Part shown: positions 1-11,272 of the stretch, in pieces | How positions within the stretch are numbered: the stretch's first letter is position 1 | Layout: every line of letters begins with the position of its first letter | Assembly (NCBI GenBank): GCA_010015585.1 | Contig: ML975168.1 | Direction: 5' to 3' (one strand) | DNA: 64,000 nucleotides | Origin: Eremomyces bilateralis CBS 781.70 | Lineage: Eukaryota | Made by a program: the position numbers and the translations under genes | Notes under the pieces: generated by a model | Seen by the model: only the letters and a program-made list of their open reading frames with translations | Database searches by the model: none | Told to the model about the DNA's origin: nothing

Positions 1-1608
1 CCATTGTCGTAAAGTCGAGCACCGCTTTTCTGGAGATGCTGGATCCAGTAAAGACATGCGTACTGGACTTCAGGAGGAAGACTTTGTTCAACTCGGCTTC
101 TCTCGACATTGGCTACAAGCATGCCGGGGGCATCTACACAACAGATATCTTGCTTAAGTGATGTTGACATAAGCCGTATACAGCTGTCGGTTAATACTTG
201 ATAGGCTTGCTTCTCGTCTACCCAGAACTCTGGGTCTTTGCACCTGGCCTTGTTGAGGAGATAGTCCCGAAACGAAGGGTGATGTAGACGGAGTGGGTAG
301 ATGTCACCCTTCGGGATGTCTAGAATCGCATAAAGATCCTTCAGGATCCGATCAATCTTTTGCTTCGTGACATTGAGCAGCTTGCCAAGCGAGCTGGCAG
401 AGAGTGGAGAGAAAAGAAGCGCAATACTTCCAAGAATCTGTCGTAGAGTGCCATACAACTCTTCCTTCTCTTTTGCTGAGTAACCTGGACGAATAGTCTT
501 CTTTAGGACAGTAGTGTAGAGCTCATTGAGGTGCTCTTCTGGTGCAGTAGTAGACGTGCTACCTTCTAGCAGAGTTTGTACTCTTTCTTCTGCGAATAGG
601 CCTTCTTGAATGAATCGACAAGCAGTTGCGGCCCATATGAATAATCCACCTGCAATCTGGATCAGGAGTTTGATAGTCTCTTCGCCTGGCCAGCAGGAAC
701 CTAGAGAGTGTTCCTGTCCAATGAGAGTAAGATTGTACTTAAAGTAAACAGAGATATCGTGATCTACGATCGATGGAGATATATTGTGGAGTACAAAGTC
801 CTGGTGTTTACCATCTGGTATTTGAACGAAGCCGTTTCGGATCGGAACTTCAGGCCGGCTCGTCAGGAAGACTCGTAATCGAACCGTCTCTAACGATCGA
901 GCTTCGGCCAAGAGATGTAGGATGATCCGGATGTCATTATCATTGTCGCACTCATCGAGTGCATCGACGACAAGGACGTACGCGGATTGGTTACCATTTT
1001 CGTTCAGCTTCGACAGCGGGCGTAGGACGAGTTGCTGCCACTGATCACGAAGAGAGTGGCTCGCAATGTCGCGGCGCTCTTTGAGAGCGTCGCATATATG
1101 TTGGCCAAGAGACGGTATGCTGATCGCTAGCTGCCACGCAATGCTCGTGACGAACTTGCCTGCATGACCGACGTCTCTACCGCCGCGCTCGAAGAAGAAG
1201 CTGGCTCCAAGGCGCTTCTGCTTAAAATATATCCGAGCGACAGTGCGCGTAATCGTCGACTTCCCTGTGCCGGCCAAGCCATTCAGCCAGAAGATGCAGC
1301 GCTCGTCTCGGCTATCAGCCCAGCTGTAGATCTCTTGAAGGAGGTCAACGCGGGTATCGGGAAGGCAGGTCACGTCATGTTGTCGCTGGTATGCGTTGAA
1401 CGGCGCGTCCTCTGCGGTAGGGAGGGATTTAAGCACATCGTTCAAGTCTAGATTTCCAGTCAGCTTCTTGCTGCTTCGAGGCCATAACCAGCTAAGCACA
1501 CTCACTTTCGCTGCTCCCAAAGTACACAGATCCATGGACAGTGCCAGCAACAACCTGCGAATTCTGGCTGGTGGACACACCGCTAATGCGTTGAGAGCTG
1601 CCTGACAT
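1..1608 (-). CDS. Fungal NLR, HET-E-1-like NACHT NTPase (5' part; 3' end, probably WD40 repeats, lies beyond the left edge). Exon 1 1608-1506, intron 1505-1448, exon 2 1447-<1
   Basis: Missing from the ORF track because it has no stop in the window. Manual minus-strand translation is open from 1447 to 1: CLPDTRVDLLQEIYSWA, IFWLNGLAGTGKST (Walker A), LGASFFF, VVDALDEC (Walker B), RVFLTSRPE, GGLFIWAATACRFI, HPSFRDYL, YACLYWIQHL. The 58-nt intron GTGAGT...GCTGAC...CTAG joins the exons in frame. Confidence 0.93.
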
Positions 1609-3493
1609 GAGCTGGAGTAGAGACGCTAAGTTTTGCTAGCTGCCGGCTGTTGCTCTCTTCTGGCGTGTATTGCCGTATATGTGAACATGTGCATGCGAAC
1701 ACCTGGGAGCGAGTTTATATCTGTACCCAGATGAGGTTCATCCTCAACTAACGAATGCATTCGCCAGGCTCGCCAATCAATACTCCTGCCTTGCCGCTGT
1801 CCACTGCTGGAGAGCAGCTGTCGGCTGCAAAGTAGGGCGGAGCTAACGCCAAGACCATTCGTCGACACAGTGTCGAAAGCGAGCATCTCAACTGCCTTTC
1901 CATTCCCCTTTCAACTCGCCGCTTTCGCCAGAGGAGGAATTGGGACCAACGTCTGGCCGAGCTGATTCCAAAGACGTAGCTTCCATCTCTGCAATACTCT
2001 GTAACCATATTGTATCACGGCTGGCAACTACTGTTTCTGACCATGGCGTGGTACTACCTCTCCTCTTACAAGGCCTCGACTCGAGACCAGCTTGCATGAT
2101 GTTGGTCACTCGTGCCAATTTCAAGGGCTGTGACCACGTTCACTCCCAAGCAATACGCGATTATTCTCTACCCATACAGGTATCACCAGTAATACTAGAA
2201 CGGCAGAGGGATGCAGGTGGTATTGTTGGTCCAGAAATATCCCATGAGGAGATATCATCCCCTCAGAGCAGTCCAGCGCTTACTGGGCTATTTTTGTTCC
2301 CACCCAAAGGGTATATAAGTGAGGTATAGTCTCCTATTGCGATGATAAGAGGTTCTTTTCCTCCCATAAATGTTGGCGATATGAAGCTTTCAGCAATTCT
2401 TTCGTTACTCTAGCCCGTCAGGTCCTTTCTACAGAGTCGTATTTCTGCGATAGAGATGGTGTTCCTACAATCCCTATTAATGCCAATATTGCTGCCCGCA
2501 TCGATGCAACAAGATTCTTTGTGCCGCTATTCGAATGCAATGGCAATAACATTCGATCATTGCCTCTCAAAGTCCAAGCAGGCCGTAAGAGTGAAAACGC
2601 TTTACAAGACTTTGTCCATTCTGATGGATAGCTTAGAATTACTCTTCTCCGGCCCTCCAGTCCCTCTAGCCGCAAGCTCGCTTCAAATATTTGGCCTCGC
2701 AGACCAACGTGGTGACCCTACCTCCCAGCAGGCGCAGAAAATACAATCTGCCTTCCTCAACCCTCGATGTCGGGTTGAGTCTAAGGGAGTCACTGGAATG
2801 TTCAACGACACTATTATTCTGCAAGAAGGCGAAATTACACCTCTCTATAGTCTATCTTGCACAGCAGAGAGCCGATAAGGGGGAAAGAGCGGAGTTTGAC
2901 AGTTTTTTTTAGAGGCGATGGCATTGCCGCTTGCTGTATTCTACCTATGCAATTTTCTGGTACCGACCATAATGATGAGAGGGTTGAACACCGGCGTTCT
3001 CCTCGAAGAAATGAAAAGACTCACCCACCACTCACCACCATGGGAGGATGGCCAGCGTCGTCTCCCCCATAGTTTTAGCACTTATCATACCGTTTGTGCC
3101 TCTGCTTGCTCTCGGCCCTTGCTCGTCATGGACAACAACAATCTCCTTGCGTTGAACCGCTTTACAGAGAAGGTAGAAGGCCTTAGATTGGTGGTGGAAG
3201 CTAACGCACCAACAATGGACCACGGATAGTGACGTAGCATCCTAAGAGATCACTATTTGAGGCAAATCGTACTCTATGTAACTGATGCCTGGGGAACCAA
3301 AAGAGTGAAAGGCTGATGCTTGTTGATCCTCTAAGCGGATGATTCGGATTTAGATTCTCGATCGTTGGCTCTACAGTTTCTATACAAAGCCAAGCGATAT
3401 TGGCTTCAGGTTTTATAACTCCAGGGATTCTCGGCGTCCGGCCCTCTTCTTAGGGTAAATTTTACACCTAATCTCAGTAATAAGTGCACTACA

Positions 3494-3575
3494 GTAGGTA
3501 GTGGTAGTAGTAGTAATTTAATTGACACCTTCCTCTTCAGCATATGGAAGCTACCGCTACTATGGCTGTCACTAC
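3494..3575 (-). mobile_element. Probable 3' end remnant of a LINE/SINE-type retroelement with a (TAC)n tail
   Basis: Minus strand reads ...GAGGAAGGTGTCAATTAAATTACTACTACTACCACTAC. (TAC)n tails after an AT-rich signal are typical of fungal Tad1/MGL-type LINE ends. No RT sequence seen. Confidence 0.4.
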
Positions 3576-3844
3576 GTAAATATTATACTCTGAGCCAGTA
3601 TATACACAGCATTCATACCTCTCTGAGGCCTATGCTCCGTCCTTGATGTGCCGTTTGTGAGTCGCTTCGAAGAAGTTGGAAATATACTAGAGAAATATGA
3701 CAGGAAATCAGGGAGCAATATAAGAAGACATGAACACGTTCAGAAGAAAAGAAACCTGTCACCGTCTCCGTCCTGGTCCAGTTCTGCGATCATTTTGCTG
3801 TTGTTCGTTGAAATGTCTTCCTATTATGGACTGGATTGAAGATA

Positions 3845-4050
3845 TCGTAGCCCCGGGCCAAAGCGGCAAAGAGCGTACTACCTTACGGTCCACCTTGCGC
3901 GTCGACGTTGGCGCCCTTGCCGAGCAGCAGCTCGACGATATCCTTATTGCCCCCGGACGAAGCGGCCTGTAGCGCGTTGCCGTAGGTTCCACCTTGCGCG
4001 TTCACGTCGGCGCCCTTGCCGAGCAGCAGCTCGACGATATCCATCGCCAT
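3845..4050 (-). pseudogene. Ankyrin-repeat fragment of fungal NACHT-ANK type with an in-frame stop
   Basis: Translates MAMDIVELLLGKGADVNAQGGTYGNALQAASSGGNKDIVELLLGKGANVDAQGGP*GSTLFAALARG. A 34-nt identical block recurs at a 99-nt period (3910-3943, 4009-4042). TAA at 3885-3883 replaces the Tyr seen in the first repeat. Confidence 0.85.
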
Positions 4051-4716
4051 TACAGCTTGGCATGTATGCAGCGTAGAGACTCGCTCAACTCCGTCGTGGG
4101 GCTCCGCGCACAGTCATCGCTAGACGCCTTACCATCTACAGCCTCGATGTTAGCAGGCACTATCAGTGCTGGCGATGCGGTGCCAGCCGCAATATCTTCG
4201 TGCCCAGGAGCACGATCGCGTTCCAGGATTCCATTTTCCGTGTCCTCCTGGTGCGCTGGGCTTGCAACCCGTTGAACGCAATCAGATCGGTCCGTGGAAA
4301 TCGTCCCTTGAGACATCGAAAAGAGCTCTTGCAGGGTAGGGAGATCATCTCCGTCGCTGCCGCTGCTCTCGTCGTCTTCCGCACCGCCGCTGGTCCCTTG
4401 AGCGGCTTGATTAATGTTCTGCGTAGACGCCCGTGCGGCCGCTGCTGAATCTTCTCCAGTCAGCACAACCAGCCTATCACTGAAACGAACCGATAAACTC
4501 ACAATGGCCCCGGACCGGACTGGCTGTAGCTGGCTGGCGCGCAGGGCAATCTTCTCCGTCACTGTCGTCTCTCAGATCCACAATTTCTATGCTACCGAAG
4601 CGAACCCGGCGGCTCTTGGTAGGGCACCGGCCTTGCCCGCGAGCTGTTGAGGTCTGCGAACTGGAAGCTGTAGGAACGGCGCTCCGTGACGGCTGGTAAG
4701 GGATGAACATGGCCAT
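4050..4716 (-). CDS. Hypothetical low-complexity protein (~204 aa, 2 exons: 4716-4503, 4450-4050), possibly truncated
   Basis: MAMFIPYQPSRS...RRVRFGSIEIVDL joined in frame to ...DDLPTLQELFS... by intron GTGAGT...GCTGAC...AAG. No recognisable domain. Confidence 0.5.
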
Positions 4717-5938
4717 AGTAGCGATTACCGTAGATGATAAAAAGTGTAAAGATGGTGTACAAATGCCCGGTAAAGGATAAGGGGGGATTGAATTGAGAAT
4801 TGCAAGAGGATAGAAATAGTGGCTGCTTAAGTACTCGGGGCCGCTGCGGTGCAAGACGCTCTGCACTCGCTATCCTATCGCCACGGCTCGACCGCTCTTC
4901 TACTTGCATGCGCAACCATCGCATCAACCCCTGATTTTGCCTCGCCGCCCTTGCCGCCAGTCCACGATTTGCAAGAGGATATGCATCCTGCACCCAAGGC
5001 ATGAATATACCATCCTGTCCTGGTTAGCGTGCCATTAGTGATATTGCTTGGAGGGTGCGTCCAAAAATAGTGGAAGATGAAGCTGTAACATAGATTGACG
5101 TCAATGCGGTCTGCTTGATATCTTTCGTTTCCTTCCCCCTTTCAGTCCGCGACCAGTGGCGGCCAGATATGATATGCGACGACGCTCTCGCCCCTATGCA
5201 CACGCCAAAGGTTGGAAGAGAAATTTATCCTTCCAAAATTCCATCGTCGCTGGATCCGAGATCGTACGCAAGCTGCTTGACTCAAAGATAAGGGGCTGCC
5301 TCTGTCTAGGAGAGCGCGTGGTTGCGAGGAGGAGTGCAATGACTGGGTTGGAGGCAATCTCGATGGCCGTGCTGGGCCGCCAACCTCGAGCAGCCAGGGG
5401 CATCGGTCGTCAGTGGACCATCGTCGGGCGGGCAGATTCAGCTGCTCACGTCCGGATGACCGTGGAAATTCTAGTTCGCGAGACCACATGCAATGTCAAC
5501 CGAGCAATTGGATCCACAGGCTTTCAAGTTCGCATGGATGAGTTGGCGTGCTGAAGCTGGAACAGCCACACCGCAAAACCCTCCATTCGTCAAGATGACT
5601 CACCGTCATCGTCACCGTCGGTGTTACCGATGTCACCTGGTTCGGCCTCACCGGATGCTTTGAGCACTGTCATGTGGACTGCGACTCGAAACTCTTACGT
5701 ACGAATAGCAGGTTGCAAGCGAGCGAGCGTGGCGCCTCCAATGCCAAGGTTCCAAGCCAAAGACAGACTGGGGCATTGACGTCCACATCCAGCTGCCTAT
5801 TTGATCCCGGAACGCCCATGCCGGTGTCTGTATGAAACCGCAGTTAATTCAAATGGGCTGAAGGGATCGGGCGATCACGATCATCATTATGCAATCATAA
5901 TCATGCGATGCACGGCGTGGTGTGGCCGAGCGCTAAGC

Positions 5939-6307
5939 TTAGCCGGTTCGAGAAGGGGCGTCTCCAGTTATAGATAATGCAGTATTATTGCAGACGCGGT
6001 CTGAGGCGAAGTCGACGAGGAAGGCCGGAAAAGTCGGGGTGCGATGGTGCACGCATGATCCATAAAGTAATGAGAAGGAGATATGGAGGGCGGTGGGTGA
6101 CCGTAGTCCATGGCCAATGCTCAGGTCCTTGGAAAGGGATGGATCTGGCAGTTCAAGCCCATTAAGTTCGAAGTTCGAAAAGCTGTGCAACGCAGAAGCG
6201 ATGGGTCTTAGGAGACGGGGACGCTGAGGAATGAGTGCTCTCTGGAGCCTGTTAGTTCTGCTACATTGCGGCGAGGAGCTCTGATAGACTGGGAAGAAAC
6301 TCAACAT
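5939..6307 (-). pseudogene. Probable 5' relic of a hypothetical accessory-region gene
   Basis: ATG-started 122-aa ORF (MLSFFPVYQSS...PQRPRLLRPIAS...GLELPDP) preceded by a pyrimidine-rich leader. The C-terminal half looks degenerate. Confidence 0.3.
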
Positions 6308-6813
6308 GAAAGGTGGAACGGAAGCTCACCACCCAGGAGGCGCTACGAGAGGGGAGCGAGCCGTCAAGCATGGAATGGAAAAAGAGGGGGAGAGATCTCG
6401 CCCAAGGCGCAGCGCGGGTCAGCAGGGGATTCAGCCGTGCAAATGGTGCGTGCAAGGGGTCGACCGGTGGGCAATGCAAAATTGAGACGCTGCGAGACAA
6501 GAGAAAAAGGGGAAACCGAAGGGTGGAGGAAGAGGTGATTCAGATTTAAGAGGGATAGACGGTGGTATTTATGTTCTGATGGTTTGAAGGTTTGAAAACG
6601 GAAAAGAGCGCGATACCTGATAGAGTGGCGCTAAACTAGAAACGGAAGTTCGGTAGCTCACAGATTACGGAGTACGTAAATCCAAACCACTGCAGCCAAG
6701 GATTGCACCGCCACGATCCCAGGGCGTTGGGGCTTCCAGGGCTTGGCAATCGAACGCAGGGGTGGCTGATGCACCATCAGGACTGGATCGACTGACCAAG
6801 AACATCTGCTGCA

Positions 6814-9328
6814 TTATTGGAGCTCTATCATCCGTAGCCCATCCCTCTTATCAAAAGCCGGCTCCAGCATCTTCCCACACGCCACCCTCTCAAACCGCCT
6901 CCCCCTCTCCCGAACCAGCAATACATGCAGCGTCCTCCCCCTGTACTTTCCTCCCACTTCCCGGGATAACGGATACGTAAGCCCATAGCTCGCTCGTAGA
7001 TCATACTCGCCGTCATCCACCCCGAGAGATACGATGGCATGCCGTTGTAAATCCTCGGAGGGGAATATTCCCGGGAGGCAGCACCCGAAGAAGACACCGC
7101 AGGAGTAGCCGGAGGCGTCGACGGAGAAGGTCTGGTAACTCGCCTCGGTCGCGTCGTCGGTTCCTAAGGCACATACCGTTGGGGTACAGAACATACCGAT
7201 GCTCCTGAACGAAAGGACTGCACACCGCTGTGCTTCCGCCCAGTTACTCCTCTCCGGTTCATGCACCCAGATTTCCATCGAACAAGGCAGCCTAAACCGT
7301 ACCGTGCTTGAAAAGTCCTTGGTCATGCCTCGCACCACCGACGGATACGTGACCGCCCCAGCCCATCCCGCCCAGCACCAGGACGGATAGACAGCGTTCC
7401 CATACCGATCGAGTCGTCGCTCGCAGCCGTGTTTAGGACCCCAGAGAAGGGAGCTGGCGAGGACGGCGGACGGCATGCCGTAGAGGAAGCGGGAGGCGCA
7501 GACTTTGGAGAGCATGGAGGAGAGGCCGAGGAAAGCGCGTAGGATGTCGTAGTCGTAGGTGAGGTGGCGGGCGGTGTACATCTCCACGAGATCTTGGTAT
7601 AAGGGGAGGAGCTCAGCCCAGGTAAGACTAGGACCGCGGAGCTTGAGGCCAGGGCTGGGGTCGAGATCAATAGGGTTGTGATGTCCTTTAGTCATGGCTG
7701 CGACGTTGTAGCACCCGTCAATCTCTCCCTCACCGGCTTCTAGCAGCGAGCGCAGACTGGTTGGTCCAATGCTTAGCGAGAAGTCCATGCTCAACGAATC
7801 CGTGCTAGGTGAAAGCTCGGAAGTCAGATCGGTCGAAATAGAATGACGGCCAATATCAAGATCCAGCGCTTTGGAAGCGGAGACCCTGGGATCCGCCGAT
7901 GACTGTGAAATCAGACTGTCATGGGGGGTGTGCTGGTGAAGCGGCCCTCTTGACCCTCTCCTTCCCGCTCCTGGAATCTCACGAAGCAATGCAGCAGTGT
8001 CGACATCTCCACTGTCGACAATGCGAGCGAGATCGCTCACTCGCTTTCCTACCAGCACACCACCGCGCGTGCCAGGTCGAATCATCCCACTCATATCTTC
8101 CCATCGGTCGTCATAAATCCCCTCCATCGGCACTTGCAGCATTTGCCACGAGACCGGAATCCCGCTCTTCGTGCGTTTAAACTCGCCGTGCCGAGATGCC
8201 TTGGATTCCGCACAGAAATCGGTCTGGCACTGGAAGAGGACTTGTTGGGATGTGATGTATAGGATTCGGGAGGAGAGCATCCGCTCTTGGAGAGTCCAGG
8301 CGCGGGTCTCGAAGTTAGAATCGAGGAGGTGGGTGTCGACGTAGTCGGGCGGCTCGGATACGAAGGTACGGCCGTTGAATTTGGCGGACTTGTAGATCGG
8401 AAGTCTGGAGAAGGGTTGGATCCCGGGTAGGGAAGAGTCTGCATTCTTGCCATCGACCGCGATGATGGTAAGGTATGAGTGTGAGTAGACCTTATCCATC
8501 TGGTGGATATCATGGTGCTTCTCGTGAGAATCCTGGATAATACACAGCGAGTCCACCCATAAATACTGTTCTCCAATGGATCTCATCAACGCGATGACAT
8601 CTCGTAATACTTTTGAAAGCTGGTGGTTTAAAAGCGAGGATTCGGTTTGCAATTCCTCGAAATTCGAAATTTTGGTTTCGAATTGCTTGACTCCGCCCCA
8701 GACATAGCTGAGAGCAAAATATCGTTCGTTTGAGGACCGACGAACGAGGCAGTGCCGTTGGACATCAATAAGGGTCAGGGGAATGGGATTCCGAATTTCT
8801 TGTTTTTCGTTGTGCTCTGTGTCGCATCTTTCTAACCATCTCTTGATCAGTCCAACATCGATGTTGGAATCGTCATAAAGCTTAATACCCGTTTCATGTT
8901 CTCCCAACTAGCTAGCAATTAGTCCTGACTTTAATATAATTAACAACAACTTTAACGGTACTCACTGGACGAATCTTGCCAATATTTCTCGATCCATTCC
9001 ACACATATGCCTGGTTACCCCTGAATTTCAGGGTGATTGGGATCGGGTCATACTCCTCGCATCCCGGCATTCGAAAGTTCGGGAGCCGGTGCAAGATCAG
9101 CGTACACAGTGAACAGGGCAGTGTCGACTCCTCATATTTCCGGTATTCAAAAGTTGTATGAAACTCTTGGGCTGGAGCCGAGTCCGGGTTCCAGAAATCG
9201 ATGCGTTGACATTTTTCGCAAAGTCGAGGTCGCTCGGATCGCCAAGATATCGCCTTCTTTAGCCACTTCCGGCCCGGAACTCTTGGTTTATATATCCGCC
9301 GAGGTTGTGGATTAGTTGAATCAGGCAT
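6814..9328 (-). CDS. HET-domain (heterokaryon incompatibility, TIR-like) protein, ~818 aa; intron 8965-8908
   Basis: N-terminal LCEKCQ...CSLCTLI; HET motifs YFALSYVWG, YLWVDSLCIIQD, MDKVYSHSYLTIIA, RAWTLQERMLSSR; C-terminal YTARHLT...D, PSWCWAGW. Intron GTGAGT...CTAAT...TAG is phase 0. Confidence 0.93.
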
Positions 9329-10194
9329 GATCTTCGACCGGAGATAATTTATAAGATTCGAAATCCCTTAACCGTTTTATCAGGATAAACTATATTCAAG
9401 TAATACAATATCGGGCAGACCGGTCACGGTCCGGGCTTCTAAGGAGGATAGTTATATACAGTATCTGACGTGGCAGATATGAGGCTGGGCTGTTGGGGAG
9501 ATCGAACCATGGGAAGAAGGTAGAGAGAACCGACGGAATCGCCGTACTGACGATATCGGTTCGGTAGCATGTGTCGAACCATCCCAGAACTCGGACAGTT
9601 AACTCCAGGTGAGTTAGATAAATGATGCAACTCTATATTGTCTTCTAGCCAGGCAGTACGAGTAGTGAGGATAAAAGACGGTATAGAATAGTTATGGCCA
9701 ACAGGAAGGCTGCGAGAACTCGAGAACTCGCGATATGCACTGCGCGCCGGATCTGTACCCTGACGAAGCAGCACTGCCATAGATGGTTGGCTTGGCAAGG
9801 GACCGATTGGACGACGCGGGGGATATGACCCTCTTGGACGATCTTGGTGATTCTTGGGATTGGTCTTCCGCAAAACGGACTGGAAATTAGTATGGACGCG
9901 CTCGGGGTAGTGCGTGAGGTGTCGTACCAATTGTAATATTACCGGTTATGAGGCATACCGGAAGTACACGAAGCGACTCCATGGCTTCATGAGTCCCCTC
10001 CTTCCTCCTTTCCTACCTTTATAAACCGCAAACCCATCCCCAAAGACACCGGGTACTCGGGCCACTCCATGGTGTCGATCTCCAGTGACGACAACCGAAC
10101 CGCCAGCCCTACAACCTTACGATACTCGCTCAGCCTTGTCTCAAGAGGGCGGCACATATAATCGGCCGAAGACCCAAAACCGATCGCGCCCACC

Positions 10195-10881
10195 ATGGAC
10201 TACGCCGAACGCCTCAACGAAATCTCCACCAAATCCCACGAACTCTCCTCCCTCCCCACCTGCTCCTTCTCCATCCCCACCACCCTCCCCATCCCCGTCA
10301 ACCTCCTCGATGTCACCCAAATCCATTCCTTCGACCCCCTCTACCCCGCCCTCCGCCGCGAAGCCCTCCGCCCCGACGGCATAGCGTTCGAGCGGCGAGC
10401 GCAGGCGAGCCAGCTACTGAAGCGGAATGGGATCCGGCAGAAGGACTTGCCGGAGTGGGAGTGGGTGCGGTTTGTGTGTATGAAGAGGGGGCAGCAGGAG
10501 GGGTGGATGGGGGAGTGGTGGGAGGTGAGGAGGGGTGTGAGGGGTGGGGAGGGGGAGAGGGCGGAGGGGGGGCCGAGGAGCTTGGTGGAGGGGCAATCGG
10601 GGTCGAGGAACTCGGTGGGGGGGTATGGGCATTTGTTATCGCCGATGACGGCTGCCGGCTCCGACGCTGCGAGACGGAGGTGGAGCGAGGGGGGTAATAG
10701 GAGGGATACTGCGATAGAGGAGCTGGTTCGCGGTGCGTCGTTGCTGGATATCAGCGAACACAATCATAATCTGGGCGTTGACAGACATGCTGCGGGGGGG
10801 ACGCGGATAGAGGATGAGGAGCCACCGAGTTATGAGGAAGCGATGGAGATGGTGGGGAAACCGCCGGGGTATCTATTATGA
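10195..10881 (+). CDS. Hypothetical protein, 228 aa, with C-terminal PY motifs (PPSY, PPGY)
   Basis: ATG in good context (CCACCATGG) and host-like composition. Ends EEPPSYEEAMEMVGKPPGYLL. Confidence 0.65.
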   Translation: MDYAERLNEISTKSHELSSLPTCSFSIPTTLPIPVNLLDVTQIHSFDPLYPALRREALRPDGIAFERRAQASQLLKRNGIRQKDLPEWEWVRFVCMKRGQQEGWMGEWWEVRRGVRGGEGERAEGGPRSLVEGQSGSRNSVGGYGHLLSPMTAAGSDAARRRWSEGGNRRDTAIEELVRGASLLDISEHNHNLGVDRHAAGGTRIEDEEPPSYEEAMEMVGKPPGYLL

Positions 10882-11272
10882 TGCTATGGAGTGGAGGTGG
10901 ACGAGTGGGCGGTAATCGAGATGGGGGTTTGATACCACACGGCTTCGAATCGGCGATCATGGTCACCTATCTGTTGAAATGGATGTTGATGAGTTACGAA
11001 GGGATGAATGGCATGGGATAGCTGGCGTTTTGGAAGTTCAATTTGGTACGGAGATGTCGAATTACACTGCTTCATCACCAAGTCCATGTCCTACGCAGGG
11101 TGGATTAATTTGGATTACTGAGGATCATGTTATTATTAGTACATCTTCGAAACGTTTACCATCAACAGCGACAGCCAATCAATACAATAGGTACTAAAGG
11201 TATACTCTCGAACCCAAGGACCAGGGAAATGCGTATGACCAACTTTTGACCCAGCATGCCAAGGAACTTCGA

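Noticed and set aside
1620..3300. Searched for a HeLo/HeLo-like effector with two amyloid repeats next to the NLR; ORFs 1940-2329, 2456-2878 and 2918-3229
   Set aside because: No HeLo-like sequence or repeated motif found. The frames are interrupted by stops and cannot be assigned; at most an unidentifiable relic.
3449..3456. TTAGGG telomere-like hexamer
   Set aside because: Single copy, not an array.
5142..5700. LAAQHGHRDC fragment resembling an ankyrin motif on the minus strand
   Set aside because: Single short match surrounded by stops; could be chance.
9439..9930. 163-aa minus-strand ORF
   Set aside because: Non-ATG start, no motif, and it lies in the divergent promoter region between two genes.
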